A DNA stretch of 64,000 bases from Haplodiscus bocki. Taxonomy: Eukaryota. Shown piece after piece: positions 12,157 through 26,100 of this stretch. How positions within the stretch are numbered: position 1 is the first letter of the stretch; every line of letters begins with the position of its first letter. A model generated the notes under the pieces. That model saw nothing but the letters and a program-made list of their open reading frames with translations, did no database searches and was not told where the DNA came from. The position numbers were made by a program, and so were the translations under genes. The DNA is taken from positions 29,698,001 to 29,762,000 of the forward strand of contig OZ296649.1 in assembly GCA_965655095.1 (NCBI GenBank), in the 5' to 3' direction.

Positions 12157-15100
12157 CTACGTTATAAGCCTATTGGATGCGACAAGATGATCGAATTTGG
12201 TTAAATCTTCGTTCAGTAAGGAATCCTCGTTGTATGGTCTTTCAACCAGGTGAGTACCCCTTGTATCTTGTATCCTCAATAAAAAAGCAGAAGGCGGAAG
12301 AAGTCGTTTCTTCAAAGAAAATTGAAGGAGTTTGGCCCTGGTAAAACGTTCGGGTCGAGGATAGAGTATAGTGTGTTTAGTTTTTTTGAAAAAATAGTAA
12401 CAAAGTACTTCTCCGTTTATACCATTTAGTTTTGGAACCAGTGCTTCCATGAAAAAGTTCAGTTTGTTTTCTCTGTTAAGAAAGTTACGTCGTAAACCCC
12501 TCGTTTCCTGTTGGTTTTGATATTCATTGATATTCGTTGTTAAATCCACCGTAGCTTTCCTCCGAATTCTGCTGACGTCATGTGGTCTTACCAAACGGTA
12601 CGATTTCTATTCTTTTTCATTTTTCTGACTCGGAATTGATGAATTTGTTGTTTCATGTCTTCTCTTCCAGGTGTGTCTTGCGTTGCTGATCCTAATTGGG
12701 GATCCGTTTTCTTCCTGTTGGAGCCACAAACCGGTTATCTCCTTCGCCTGTACCCTCAAACTGAAACCCTTCGCGTGTGCCTAGCTTTCGGTTCCGGGGA
12801 GCAGTCCTTTGTTCCAATGTCAACAATCTGGAGCCCGCCGGATCCGATGGATTCATTCGCTGTTAATACAGAGCCAATGAAATTCAGATGTGTCTTTTTG
12901 TCCTCTTCGCCCATCCTTCCTCTAGTAATGCCGGATACTCGGCATTTTGCGAGGCTAACCTCTCCTATACCGACCCGATCCGTCTCATGTTTTACCGACT
13001 CTACTGCTGACCGTGAATTTGCTGCCCTCCTCAAGTTTACCGATAAACTGGATTCCTTTCGAATTACTCTTGCCGCTGAATTGAGCGCTTTTTCCGCCTC
13101 CAAAAAAACAATTTCCATCGCCTTCGGGAAATTTTGGCGATGACGATGAAAAAATAGATGAAGGTTATTGACAACACCATACTTGAACGGAATGCCAAGT
13201 TCCTTAAAGCAATTCTTACTGATCTTCGACAAGATATTGACATTGAGGGTCTTGAAACCGATCGAAGCTGCGTTTCACAGCTCCTTTGTACCACAGTTCC
13301 CGGATTTCTTGATAACAAAGTTCCATGATTAGGTTCCTTCATGGCATACCGACAAGCATCCACACTTCTACCTCCACTTAGCTCAATGGCTCAATGAAGT
13401 TCTATCAAAATTTGTCTGACAATCGCTGCCGGCGAACATGGAATTGCTGTGCCATTAGTGCAGTTAACCGAAGCAATTAAGGTTATTTCTGTCGCCTTTG
13501 CAAGCCCCGCCCCTAATACGAGTTGTGTGATCTTTATTGGAACTAAAATGGTGCTAGGACCCATTTCCTTGAAAGAGGGCATTTTGGAACGGACTTATTT
13601 TGAAACATTTGTTTCATCACCTGTACAATTGTACGCACATCTATATGAATTACTTTTTTTATGCAATTGCAGTAATAGTTCAATCCCTTGATGCAAAGTG
13701 ACGACTGGGAGTACGACTGAAATCAAAAAGTGTATGTCTTTCTTTCAATTTGTCCCAACACGCTTTCATCACCTTTCTTCGTTCCCAATGAGTAATAGAC
13801 TAAACGCACGTGACTTGTAACCTGTGCTCACCTGAATCGATTCGCAGTTTTAGAATAACATCGTATTGAATTTCTTTCTTTGCAACTCATCCCCTATTTT
13901 AGCTGCCAATCCTTGTGCACCAAATTAGACCCGTAAGCAACTTACCGACAAATATCTTCCTTTTTGGATTTTCTCTACTTATCATACGAGCAGAAAACAT
14001 CAACACTATAAACATTGCAACGATGTTTGGGTTTTTCTTCGTCAAGTTGATCCATTTTTGCTTTTTTACGTAATTTTGATTAAAAAATCAAACGTTTTAA
14101 GACGAATTTTAGCCAACTTTACCTAAAGAAATGGCTCCTTCGCATGTGGACGTTGCGCTACGTTATAAGCCTATTGGATGCGACAAGATGATCGAATTTG
14201 GTTAAATCTTCGTTCAGTAAGGAATCCTCGTTGTATGGTCTTTCAACCAGGTGAGAACCCCTTGTATCTTGTATCCTCAATAAAAAAGCAGAAGGCGGAA
14301 GAAGTCGTTTCTTCAAAGAAAATTGAAGGAGTTTGGCCCTGATAAAACGTTCGGGTCGAGGATAGAGTATAGTGTGTTTAGTTTTTTTTAAAAAATAGTA
14401 ACAAAGTACTTCTCCGTTTATACCATTTAGTTTTGGAACCAGTGCTTCCACGAAAAAGTTCAGTTTGTTATCTCTGTTAAGGAAGTTACGTCGTAAACCC
14501 CTCGTTTCCTAATGGTTTTGATATAAATTGATATTCGTTGTTAAATCCACCGTAGTTTTCCTCCGAATTCTGCTGACGTCACTTGGTCTTACCAAACGTT
14601 ACGATTTCTATTCTTTTTCAGTTTTCTGACACAGAATTGATGAATTTGTTGTTTCAGCTCTTCTCTTCCAGGTGTGTCTTGCGTTGCTGATCCTAATTGT
14701 GGATCCGTTTTCTTCCTGTTGGAGCCACAACCCGGTCATCTCCGTCGCTTGTACCCTCAAACTGAAACCCTTCGCGTGTGCCCAGCTTCCGGTTCCCAGG
14801 AGCAGTCCTTTGTGCCGATGTCAATAATCTGTAGCCCGCCGGATTCGATGAATTCATTCTCTGTTAATACAGAGCCAATGAAATTCAGATGCGTCTTTTT
14901 GTTCGCTTCGCCCATCCTTCCTCTAGTAATGCCGGATACTCGGCGTTTTGCGAGGCTAACCTCTCCTATACCGACCCGATCCGTCTCATGTTTTACCGAC
15001 TCGACTGTTCACCCTGAATTTGTTGCCCTTCTCAAGTATACCGATAAACTGGATTCCTTTCGAATTACTCTTGCCGCTGAAGTGAGCGCTTTTTCCGCCT

Positions 15101-18100
15101 CCAAAGAACAATTTCCATCGCCTTGGGGAGATTTTGGCGATGACGATGAAAAAACTAGATGAAGGTTATTGACAACACCATACTTGAACGGAATGCCAAG
15201 TTCCTTAAAGCAATTCTTACTGATCTCCGACAAGATATTGACATTGAGGGTCTTGAAACCGATCGAAGCTGAGTTTCACAGTTCCTTTGTACCACAGTTC
15301 CCGGATTTCTTGATAACAAAGTTCCATGATTAGGTTCCTTCATGGCATACCGACAAGCATCCACACTTCTACCTCCACTTAGCTCAATGGCTCAATGAAG
15401 TTCTATCAAAATTTGTCTGACAATCGCTGCCGGCGAACATGGAGTTGCTGTGCCATTAGTGCAGTTAACCGAAGCAATTAAGGTTATTTCTGTCGCCTTT
15501 GCAAGCCCCGCCCCTAATACGAGTTGTGTGATCTTTATTGGAACTAAAATGGTGCTAGGACCCATTTCCTTGAAAGAGGGCATTTTGGAACGGACTTATT
15601 TTGAAACATTTGTTTCATCACCTGTACAATTGTACGCACATCTATATGAATTACTTTTTTTATGCAATTGCAGTAATAGTTCAATCCCTTGATGCAAAGT
15701 GACGACTGGGAGTACGACTGAAATCAAAAAGTGTATGTCTTTCTTTCAATTTGTCCCAACACGCTTTCATCACCTTTCTTCGTTCCCAATGAGTAATAGA
15801 CTGAACGCACGTGACTTGTAACCTGTGCTCACCTGAATCGATTCGCAGTTTTAGAATAACATCGTATTGAATTTTTTTCTTTGCAACTCATCCCCTATTT
15901 TAGCTGCCAATCCTTGTGCACCAAATTAGACCCGTAAGCACCTTACCGACAAATATCTTCCTTTTTGGATTTTCTCTACTTATCATACGAGCAGAAAACA
16001 TCAACACTATAAACATTGCAACGATGTTTGGGATTTTCTTCGTCAAGTTGATCCATTTTTGCTTTTTTACGTAATTTTGATTAAAAAATCAAACGTTTTA
16101 AGACGAATTTTAGCCAACTTTACCTAAAGAAATGGCTCCTTCGCATGTGGACGTTGCGCTACGTTATAAGCCTATTGGATGCGACAAGATGATCGAATTT
16201 GGTTAAATCTTCGTTCAGTAAGGAATCCTCGTTGTATGGTCTTTCAACCAGGTGAGTACCCCTTGTATCTTGTATCCTCAATAAAAAAGCAGAAGGCGGA
16301 AGAAGTCGTTTCTTCAAAGAAAATTGAAGGAGTTTGGCCCTGGTAAAACGTTCGGGTCGAGGATAGAGTATAGTGTGTTTAGTTTTTTTGAAAAAATAGT
16401 AACAAAGTACTTCTCCGTTTATACCATTTAGTTTTGGAACCAGTGCTTCCATGAAAAAGTTCAGTTTGTTTTCTCTGTTAAGAAAGTTACGTCGTAAACC
16501 CCTCGTTTCCTGTTGGTTTTGATATTCATTGATATTCGTTGTTAAATCCACCGTAGCTTTCCTCTGAATTCTGCTGACGTCATGTGGTCTTACCAAACGG
16601 TACGATTTCTATTCTTTTTCATTTTTCTGACTCGGAATTGATGAATTTGTTGTTTCATGTCTTCTCTTCCAGGTGTGTCTTGCGTTGCTGATCCTAATTG
16701 GGGATCCGTTTTCTTCCTGTTGGAGCCACAAACCGGTTATCTCCTTCGCCTGTACCCTCAAACTGAAACCCTTCGCGTGTGCCTAGCTTTCGGTTCCGGG
16801 GAGCAGTCCTTTGTTCCAATGTCAACAATCTGGAGCCCGCCGGATCCGATGGATTCATTCGCTGTTAATACAGAGCCAATGAAATTCAGATGTGTCTTTT
16901 TGTCCTCTTCGCCCATCCTTCCTCTAGTAATGCCGGATACTCGGCATTTTGCGAGGCTAACCTCTCCTATACCGACCCGATCCGTCTCATGTTTTACCGA
17001 CTCTACTGCTGACCGTGAATTTGCTGCCCTCCTCAAGTTTACCGATAAACTGGATTCCTTTCGAATTACTCTTGCCGCTGAATTGAGCGCTTTTTCCGCC
17101 TCCAAAAAAACAATTTCCATCGCCTTCGGGAAATTTTGGCGATGACGATGAAAAAATAGATGAAGGTTATTGACAACACCATACTTGAACGGAATGCCAA
17201 GTTCCTTAAAGCAATTCTTACTGATCTTCGACAAGATATTGACATTGAGGGTCTTGAAACCGATCGAAGCTGCGTTTCACAGCTCCTTTGTACCACAGTT
17301 CCCGGATTTCTTGATAACAAAGTTCCATGATTAGGTTCCTTCATGGCATACCGACAAGCATCCACACTTCTACCTCCACTTAGCTCAATGGCTCAATGAA
17401 GTTCTATCAAAATTTGTCTGACAATCGCTGCCGGCGAACATGGAATTGCTGTGCCATTAGTGCAGTTAACCGAAGCAATTAAGGTTATTTCTGTCGCCTT
17501 TGCAAGCCCCGCCCCTAATACGAGTTGTGTGATCTTTATTGGAACTAAAATGGTGCTAGGACCCATTTCCTTGAAAGAGGGCATTTTGGAACGGACTTAT
17601 TTTGAAACATTTGTTTCATCACCTGTACAATTGTACGCACATCTATATGAATTACTTTTTTTATGCAATTGCAGTAATAGTTCAATCCCTTGATGCAAAG
17701 TGACGACTGGGAGTACGACTGAAATCAAAAAGTGTATGTCTTTCTTTCAATTTGTCCCAACACGCTTTCATCACCTTTCTTCGTTCCCAATGAGTAATAG
17801 ACTAAACGCACGTGACTTGTAACCTGTGCTCACCTGAATCGATTCGCAGTTTTAGAATAACATCGTATTGAATTTCTTTCTTTGCAACTCATCCCCTATT
17901 TTAGCTGCCAATCCTTGTGCACCAAATTAGACCCGTAAGCACCTTACCGACAAATATCTTCCTTTTTGGATTTTCTCTACTTATCATACGAGCAGAAAAC
18001 ATCAACACTATAAACATTGCAACGATGTTTGGGTTTTTCTTCGTCAAGTTGATCCATTTTTGCTTTTTTACGTAATTTTGATTAAAAAATCAAACGTTTT

Positions 18101-20160
18101 AAGACGAATTTTAGCCAACTTTACCTAAAGAAATGGCTCCTTCGCATGTGGACGTTGCGCTACGTTATAAGCCTATTGGATGCGACAAGATGATCGAATT
18201 TGGTTAAATCTTCGTTCAGTAAGGAATCCTCGTTGTATGGTCTTTCAACCAGGTGAGAACCCCTTGTATCTTGTATCCTCAATAAAAAAGCAGAAGGCGG
18301 AAGAAGTCGTTTCTTCAAAGAAAATTGAAGGAGTTTGGCCCTGATAAAACGTTCGGGTCGAGGATAGAGTATAGTGTGTTTAGTTTTTTTTAAAAAATAG
18401 TAACAAAGTACTTCTCCGTTTATACCATTTAGTTTTGGAACCAGTGCTTCCACGAAAAAGTTCAGTTTGTTATCTCTGTTAAGGAAGTTACGTCGTTAAC
18501 CCCTCGTTTCCTGTTGGTTTTGATATAAATTGATATTCGTTGTTAAATCCACCGTAGCTTTCCTCCGAATTCTGCTGACGTCACTTGGTCTTACCAAACG
18601 TTACGATTTCTATTCTTTTTCAGTTTTCTGACACAGAATTGATGAATTTGTTGTTTCAGCTCTTCTCTTCCAGGTGTGTCTTGCGTTGCTGATCCTAATT
18701 GTGGATCCGTTTTCTTCCTGTTGGAGCCACAACCCGGTCATCTCCGTCGCTTGTACCCTCAAACTGAAACCCTTCGCGTGTGCCCAGCTTCCGGTTCCCA
18801 GGAGCAGTCCTTTGTGCCGATGTCAATAATCTGTAGCCCGCCGGATTCGATGAATTCATTCTCTGTTAATACAGAGCCAATGAAATTCAGATGCGTCTTT
18901 TTGTTCGCTTCGCCCATCCTTCCTCTAGTAATGCCGGATACTCGGCGTTTTGCGAGGCTAACCTCTCCTATACCGACCCGATCCGTCTCATGTTTTACCG
19001 ACTCGACTGTTCACCCTGAATTTGTTGCCCTTCTCAAGTATACCGATAAACTGGATTCCTTTCGAATTACTCTTGCCGCTGAAGTGAGCGCTTTTTCCGC
19101 CTCCAAAGAACAATTTCCATCGCCTTGGGGAAATTTTGGCGATGACGATGAAAAAACTAGATGAAGGTTATTGACAACACCATACTTGAACGGAATGCCA
19201 AGTTCCTTAAAGCAATTCTTACTGATCTCCGACAAGATATTGACATTGAGGGTCTTGAAACCGATCGAAGCTGAGTTTCACAGTTCCTTTGTACCACAGT
19301 TCCCGGATTTCTTGATAACAAAGTTCCATGATTAGGTTCCTTCATGGCATACCGACAAGCATCCACACTTCTACCTCCACTTAGCTCAATGGCTCAATGA
19401 AGTTCTATCAAAATTTGTCTGACAATCGCTGCCGGCGAACATGGAGTTGCTGTGCCATTAGTGCAGTTAACCGAAGCAATTAAGGTTATTTCTGTCGCCT
19501 TTGCAAGCCCCGCCCCTAATACGAGTTGTGTGATCTTTATTGGAACTAAAATGGTGCTAGGACCCATTTCCTTGAAAGAGGGCATTTTGGAACGGACTTA
19601 TTTTGAAACATTTGTTTCATCACCTGTACAATTGTACGCACATCTATATGAATTACTTTTTTTATGCAATTGCAGTAATAGTTCAATCCCTTGATGCAAA
19701 GTGACGACTGGGAGTACGACTGAAATCAAAAAGTGTATGTCTTTCTTTCAATTTGTCCCAACACGCTTTCATCACCTTTCTTCGTTCCCAATGAGTAATA
19801 GACTGAACGCACGTGACTTGTAACCTGTGCTCACCTGAATCGATTCGCAGTTTTAGAATAACATCGTATTGAATTTTTTTCTTTGCAACTCATCCCCTAT
19901 TTTAGCTGCCAATCCTTGTGCACCAAATTAGACCCGTAAGCGCCTTACCGACAAATATCTTCCTTTCTGGATTTTCTCTACTCATCATACGAGCAGAAAA
20001 CATCAACACTATAAACATTGCAACGATGTTTGGGTTTTTCTTCGTCAAGTTGATCCATTTTTGCTTTTTTACGTAATTTTGATTACAAAATCAAACGTTT
20101 TAAGACGAATTTTAGCCAACTTTACCTAAAGAAATGGCTCCTTCGCATGTGGACGTTGCG
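12157..20160 (+). repeat. Two-monomer higher-order repeat (A-B-A-B), 4002-bp period
   Basis: Variant-specific ORFs recur at an offset of exactly 4002 (12655/16657, 14158/18160, 14674/18676, 15009/19011), while adjacent monomers differ. Confidence 0.9.
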
Positions 20161-23100
20161 CTACGTTATAAGCCTATTGGATGCGACAAGATGATCGAAT
20201 TTGGTTAAATCTTCGTTCAGTAAGGAATCCTCGTTGTATGGTCTTTCAACCAGGTGAGAACCCCTTGTATCTTGTATCCTCAATAAAAAAGCAGAAGGCG
20301 GAAGAAGTCGTTTCTTCAAAGAAAATTGAAGGAGTTTGGCCCTGATAAAACGTTCGGGTCGAGGATAGAGTATAGTGTGTTTAGTTTTTTTTAAAAAATA
20401 GTAACAAAGTACTTCTCCGTTTATACCATTTAGTTTTGGAACCAGTGCTTCCACGAAAAAGTTCAGTTTGTTATCTCTGTTAAGGAAGTTACGTCGTAAA
20501 CCCCTCGTTTCCTGTTGGTTTTGATATAAATTGATATTCGTTGTTAAATCCACCGTAGCTTTCCTCCGAATTCTGCTGACGTCACGTGGTCTTACCAAAC
20601 GTTACGATTTCTATTCTTTTTCAGTTTTCTGACACAGAATTGATGAATTTGTTGTTTCAGCTCTTCTCTTCCAGGTGTGTCTTGCGTTGCTGATCCTAAT
20701 TGTGGATCCGTTTTCTTCCTGTTGGAGCCACAACCCGGTCATCTCCGTCGCTTGTACCCTCAAACTGAAACCCTTCGCGTGTGCCCAGCTTCCGGTTCCC
20801 AGGAGCAGTCCTTTGTGCCGATGTCAATAATCTGTAGCCCGCCGGATTCGATGAATTCATTCTCTGTTAATACAGAGCCAATGAAATTCAGATGCGTCTT
20901 TTTGTTCGCTTCGCCCCGCCCATCCTTCCTCTAGTAATGCCGGATACTCGGCATTTTGCGAGGCTAACCTCTCCTATACCGACCCGATCCGTCTCATGTT
21001 TTACCGACTCGACTGTTCACCGTGAATTTGTTGCCCTTCTCAAGTATACCGATAAACTGGATTCCTTTCGAATTACTCTTGCCGCTGAAGTGAGCGCTTT
21101 TTCCGCCTCCAAAGAAAAATTTCCATCGCCTTCGGGAAATTTTGGCGATGACGATGAAAAAACTAGATGAAGGTTATTGACAACACCATACTTGAACGGA
21201 ATGCCAAGTTCCTTAAAGCAATTCTTACTGATCTCCGACAAGATATTGACATTGAGGGTCTTGAAACCGATCGAAGCTGAGTTTCACAGTTCCTTTGTAC
21301 CACAGTTCCCGGATTTCTTGATAACAAAATTCCATGATTAGGTTCCTTCATGGCATACCGACAAGCATCCAGACTTCTACCTCCACTTAGCTCAATGGCT
21401 CAATGAAGTTCTATCAAAATTTGTCTGACAATCGCTGCCGGCGAACATGGAATTGCTGTGCCATTAGTGCAGTTAACCGAAGCAATTAAGGTTATTTCTG
21501 TCGCCTTTGCAAGCCCCGCCCCTAATACGAGTTGTGTGATCATTATTGGAACTAAAATGGTGCTAGGACCCATTTCCTTGAAAGAGGGCATTTTGGAACG
21601 GACTTATTTTGAAACATTTATTTCATCACCTGTACAATTGTACGCACATCTATATGAATTACTTTTTTTATGCAATTGCAGTAATAGTTCAATCCCTTGA
21701 TGCAAAGTGACGACTGGGAGTACGACTGAAATCAAAAAGTGTATATCTTTCTTTCAGTTTGTCCCAACACGCTTTCATCACCTTTCTTCTTCATCACCCA
21801 ATGAGTCATAGACTGAACGCACGTGACTTGTAACCTGTGCTCACCTGAATCGATTCGCAGTTTTAGAATAACATCCTATTGAATTTTTTTCTTTGCAACT
21901 CATCCCCTATTTTAGCTGCCAATCCTTGTGCACCAAACTAGACCCGTAAGCGTCTTACCGACAAATATCTTGCTTTCTGGATTTTCTCTACTTATCATAC
22001 GAGCAGAAAACATCAACACTATAAACATTGCAACGATGTTGGGGTTTTCTTCATCAAGTTGATCCATTTTTGCTTTTTTACGTAATTTTGATGAAAAAAT
22101 CAAACGTTTTAAGACGAACTTTTGCCAACTTTACCTAAAGAAATGGCTCCCTCGCATGTGGACGTTGCGCTACGTTATAAGCCTATTGGATGCGACGAGA
22201 GGAACGAACTTGATTAAATCTTCGTTCAGTAAGGAATCTTCGTTGTATGGTCTTTCAACCAGGTGAGTGCCCCCTGTATCTTGTATCCTCAATAAAAAAA
22301 GGAGAGTGGGAAGAAGTCGTTTCTTTAAAGAAAAATTAAGGAGTTTCACCCTGGTGAAACGTTCGGTTCGAGGATAGAGTCTAGTGTGTTTAGTTTTTTT
22401 AAAAAAATAGTAACAAAGTACTTCTCCGTTTATACCATTTAGTTTTGGAACCAGTGCTTCCACGAAAAAGTTCAGTTTGTTATCTCTGTTAAGAAAGTTA
22501 CGTCGTAAACCCCTCGTTTCCTGTTGGTTTTGATATAAATTGATATTCGTTGTTAAATCCACCGTAGCTTTCCTCTGAATTCTGCTGACGTCACGTGGTC
22601 TTACCAAACGTTACGATTTCTATTCTTTTTCAATTTTCTGACACAGAATTGATGAATTTGTTGTTTCAGCTCTTCTCTTCCAGGTGTGTCTTGCGTTGCT
22701 GATCCTAATTGTGGATCCGTTTTCTTCCTGTTGGAGCCACAACCCGGTCATCTCCGTCGCTTGTACCCTCAAACTGAAACCCTTCGCGTGTGCCCAGCTT
22801 CCGGTTCCCAGGAGCAGTCCTTTGTGCCGATGTCAATAATCTGTAGCCCGCCGGATCCGATGAATTCATTCTCTGTTAATACAGAGCCAATGAAATTCAG
22901 ATGCGTCTTTTTGTTCGCTTCGCCCATCCTTCCTCTAGTAATGCCGGATACTCGGCATTTTGCGAGGCTAACCTCTCCTATACCGACCCGATCCGTCTCA
23001 TGTTTTACCGACTCGACTGTTCACCGTGAATTTGTTGCCCTTCTCAAGGATACCGATAAACTGGATTCCTTTCGAATTTTTCTTGGCGCTGAAGTGAGCG

Positions 23101-26100
23101 CTTTCTCCGCCTCCAAAAAACAAATTCCACCGCGTTCGGGAAATTTTAGAGATGACGATGAGAAATCTAGAGATGAAGGTTATTGACTACACCATACTTG
23201 AATGGAATACCAATGTCCCTAAAGCAATTCTTACTGATCTTCGACGAGATATTGACATTGAGGGTCTTGAAGCCGATCGTGGCTGAGTTTCAATGATCCA
23301 TGACCTTGTGGCACCTTTGTACCACAGTTCCCGGATTTCCTGATAAAGTATACCCCTCAGCTGTCTTCTACAAGCGTTTAGGTTGCAGCCGATATTCCTC
23401 CTTGCCGACGCTCAACAAAATTCCATATTTTGATTCCTTCATGCCATACCGACAGGCATCCACACTTCTACCTCCACTTAGCTCAATGGCTCAATGAAGT
23501 TCTATCAAAGTTTGTCTGACAATCGCAGCCGGCGAACATGGAATTGCTGTGCGATTAGTGCAGTTAACCGAAGCAATTAAGGTTATTTCTGTCGCCTGTG
23601 CAAGCCCAGCCCCTAATACGAGTTGAGTGATGATTATTGGAACTAAAATGGTGCAAGGACCCATTTACTTGAAAAAGGTTACTTTGGAACGGACTTATTT
23701 TGAAACAATTTTTTTATCACCTGTACAATTGTACGCGCATATATCTGAATCACTTTTTTAATGCAATTGCAGTAATTATTCAATCCCTTGATGCAAAATA
23801 ACGACTGGGAATACGCCTCAAATCAAAAAGTATGTATCTTTCTTTTAATTTGTCCCAACACGCTTTCATCACCTTTCTTCGTTCAATGAGTCATAGACTA
23901 AACGCACGTGACTTGTAACCTGTGCTCACCTGAATCGATTTGCAATTTTAGAATAACATCGTATTGAATTTTTTTCTTTGCAACTGATCCCCTATTTTAG
24001 CTGCCAATCCTTGTGCACCAAACTAGACCCGTAAGCGCCTTACCGACAATTATCTTGCTTTCTGGATTTTCTCCACTGATCATACGAGCAGAAAACATCA
24101 ACACTATAAACATTGCAACGATGTTTGGGTTTTTCTTCGTCAAGTTGATCCATTTTTGCTTTTTTACGTAATTTTGATGACAAAATCAAACGTTTTAAGA
24201 CGAATTTTAGCCAACTTTACCTAAAGAAATGGCTCCCTCGCATGTGGACGTTGCGCTACGTTATAGGCCTATTGGATCCGACAAGATGATCGATTTTGGT
24301 TAAATCTTCGTTCAGTAAGGAATCTTCGTTGTATGGTCCACCAACCAGGTGAGTACCCCTTGTATCTTGTATCCTACATAAAAAAGCAGAAGGGGAAAGA
24401 AGTCGTTTCTTTAAAGGAAATTGAAGGAATTTGGCCCTGGTAAAACGTTCGGGTGGAGGATAGAGTATAGTGTGTTTAGTTTTTTTCAAAAATAGTAAAA
24501 GTACTTCTCCGTTTATACCATTTAGTTTTGGAACCAGTGCTTCCATGAAAAAGTTCAGTTTGTTTTCTCTGTTAAGAAAGTTACGTCGTAAACCCCTCGT
24601 TTCCTGTTGGTTTTTCAATAAATCGATTTTCGTGGTTAAATCCACCGTAGCTTTCCTCCGAACTCTGCTGACGTCACGTGGTCTTAACAAACGTTACGAT
24701 TTCTATTCTTTTTTTCTGACACAGAATTGATGAATTTGTTGTTTCAGGTCTTCTCTTCCAGGTGCATCTTGCTTTGCTGATGCTAATTGTGGATCCGTTT
24801 TCTTCCTGTTGGAGCCACAACCCGGTCATCTCCTTCGCTTGTACCCTCAAACTGAAACCCTTCGCGTGTGCCCAGCTTCCGGTTCCCAGGAGCAGTCCTT
24901 TGTGCCGATGTCAATAATCTGTAGCCCGCCGGATCCGATGAATTCATTCTCTGTTAATACAGAGCCAATGAAATTCAGATGCGTCTTTTTGTTCGCTTCG
25001 CCCATCCTTCCTCTAGTAATGCCGGATACTCGGCATTTTGCGAGGCTAACCTCTCCTATACCGACCCGATCCGTCTCATGTTTTACCGACTCGACTGTTC
25101 ACCGTGAATTTGTTGCCCTTCTCAAGGATACCGATAAACTGGATTCCTTTCGAATTTTTCTTGGCGCTGAAGTGAGCGCTTTCTCCGCCTCCAAAAAACA
25201 AATTCCACCGCGTTCGGGAAATTTTAGAGATGACGATGAGAAATCTAGAGATGAAGGTTATTGACTACACCATACTTGAATGGAATACCAATGTCCCTAA
25301 AGCAATTCTTACTGATCTTCGACGAGATATTGACATTGAGGGTCTTGAAGCCGATCGTGGCTGAGTTTCAATGATCCATGACCTTGTGGCACCTTTGTAC
25401 CACAGTTCCCGGATTTCCTGATAAAGTATACCCCTCAGCTGTCTTCTACAAGCGTTTAGGTTGCAGCCGATATTCCTCCTTGCCGACGCTCAACAAAATT
25501 CCATATTTTGATTCCTTCATGCCATACCGACAGGCATCCACACTTCTACCTCCACTTAGCTCAATGGCTCAATGAAGTTCTATCAAAGTTTGTCTGACAA
25601 TCGCAGCCGGCGAACATGGAATTGCTGTGCGATTAGTGCAGTTAACCGAAGCAATTAAGGTTATTTCTGTCGCCTGTGCAAGCCCAGCCCCTAATACGAG
25701 TTGAGTGATGATTATTGGAACTAAAATGGTGCAAGGACCCATTTACTTGAAAAAGGTTACTTTGGAACGGACTTATTTTGAAACTATTTTTTTATCACCT
25801 GTACAATTGTACGCGCATATATCTGAATCACTTTTTTAATGCAATTGCAGTAATTATTCAATCCCTTGATGCAAAATAACGACTGGGAATACGCCTCAAA
25901 TCAAAAAGTATGTATCTTTCTTTTAATTTGTCCCAACACGCTTTCATCACCTTTCTTCGTTCAATGAGTCATAGACTAAACGCACGTGACTTGTAACCTG
26001 TGCTCACCTGAATCGATTTGCAATTTTAGAATAACATCGTATTGAATTTTTTTCTTTGCAACTGATCCCCTATTTTAGCTGCCAATCCTTGTGCACCAAA

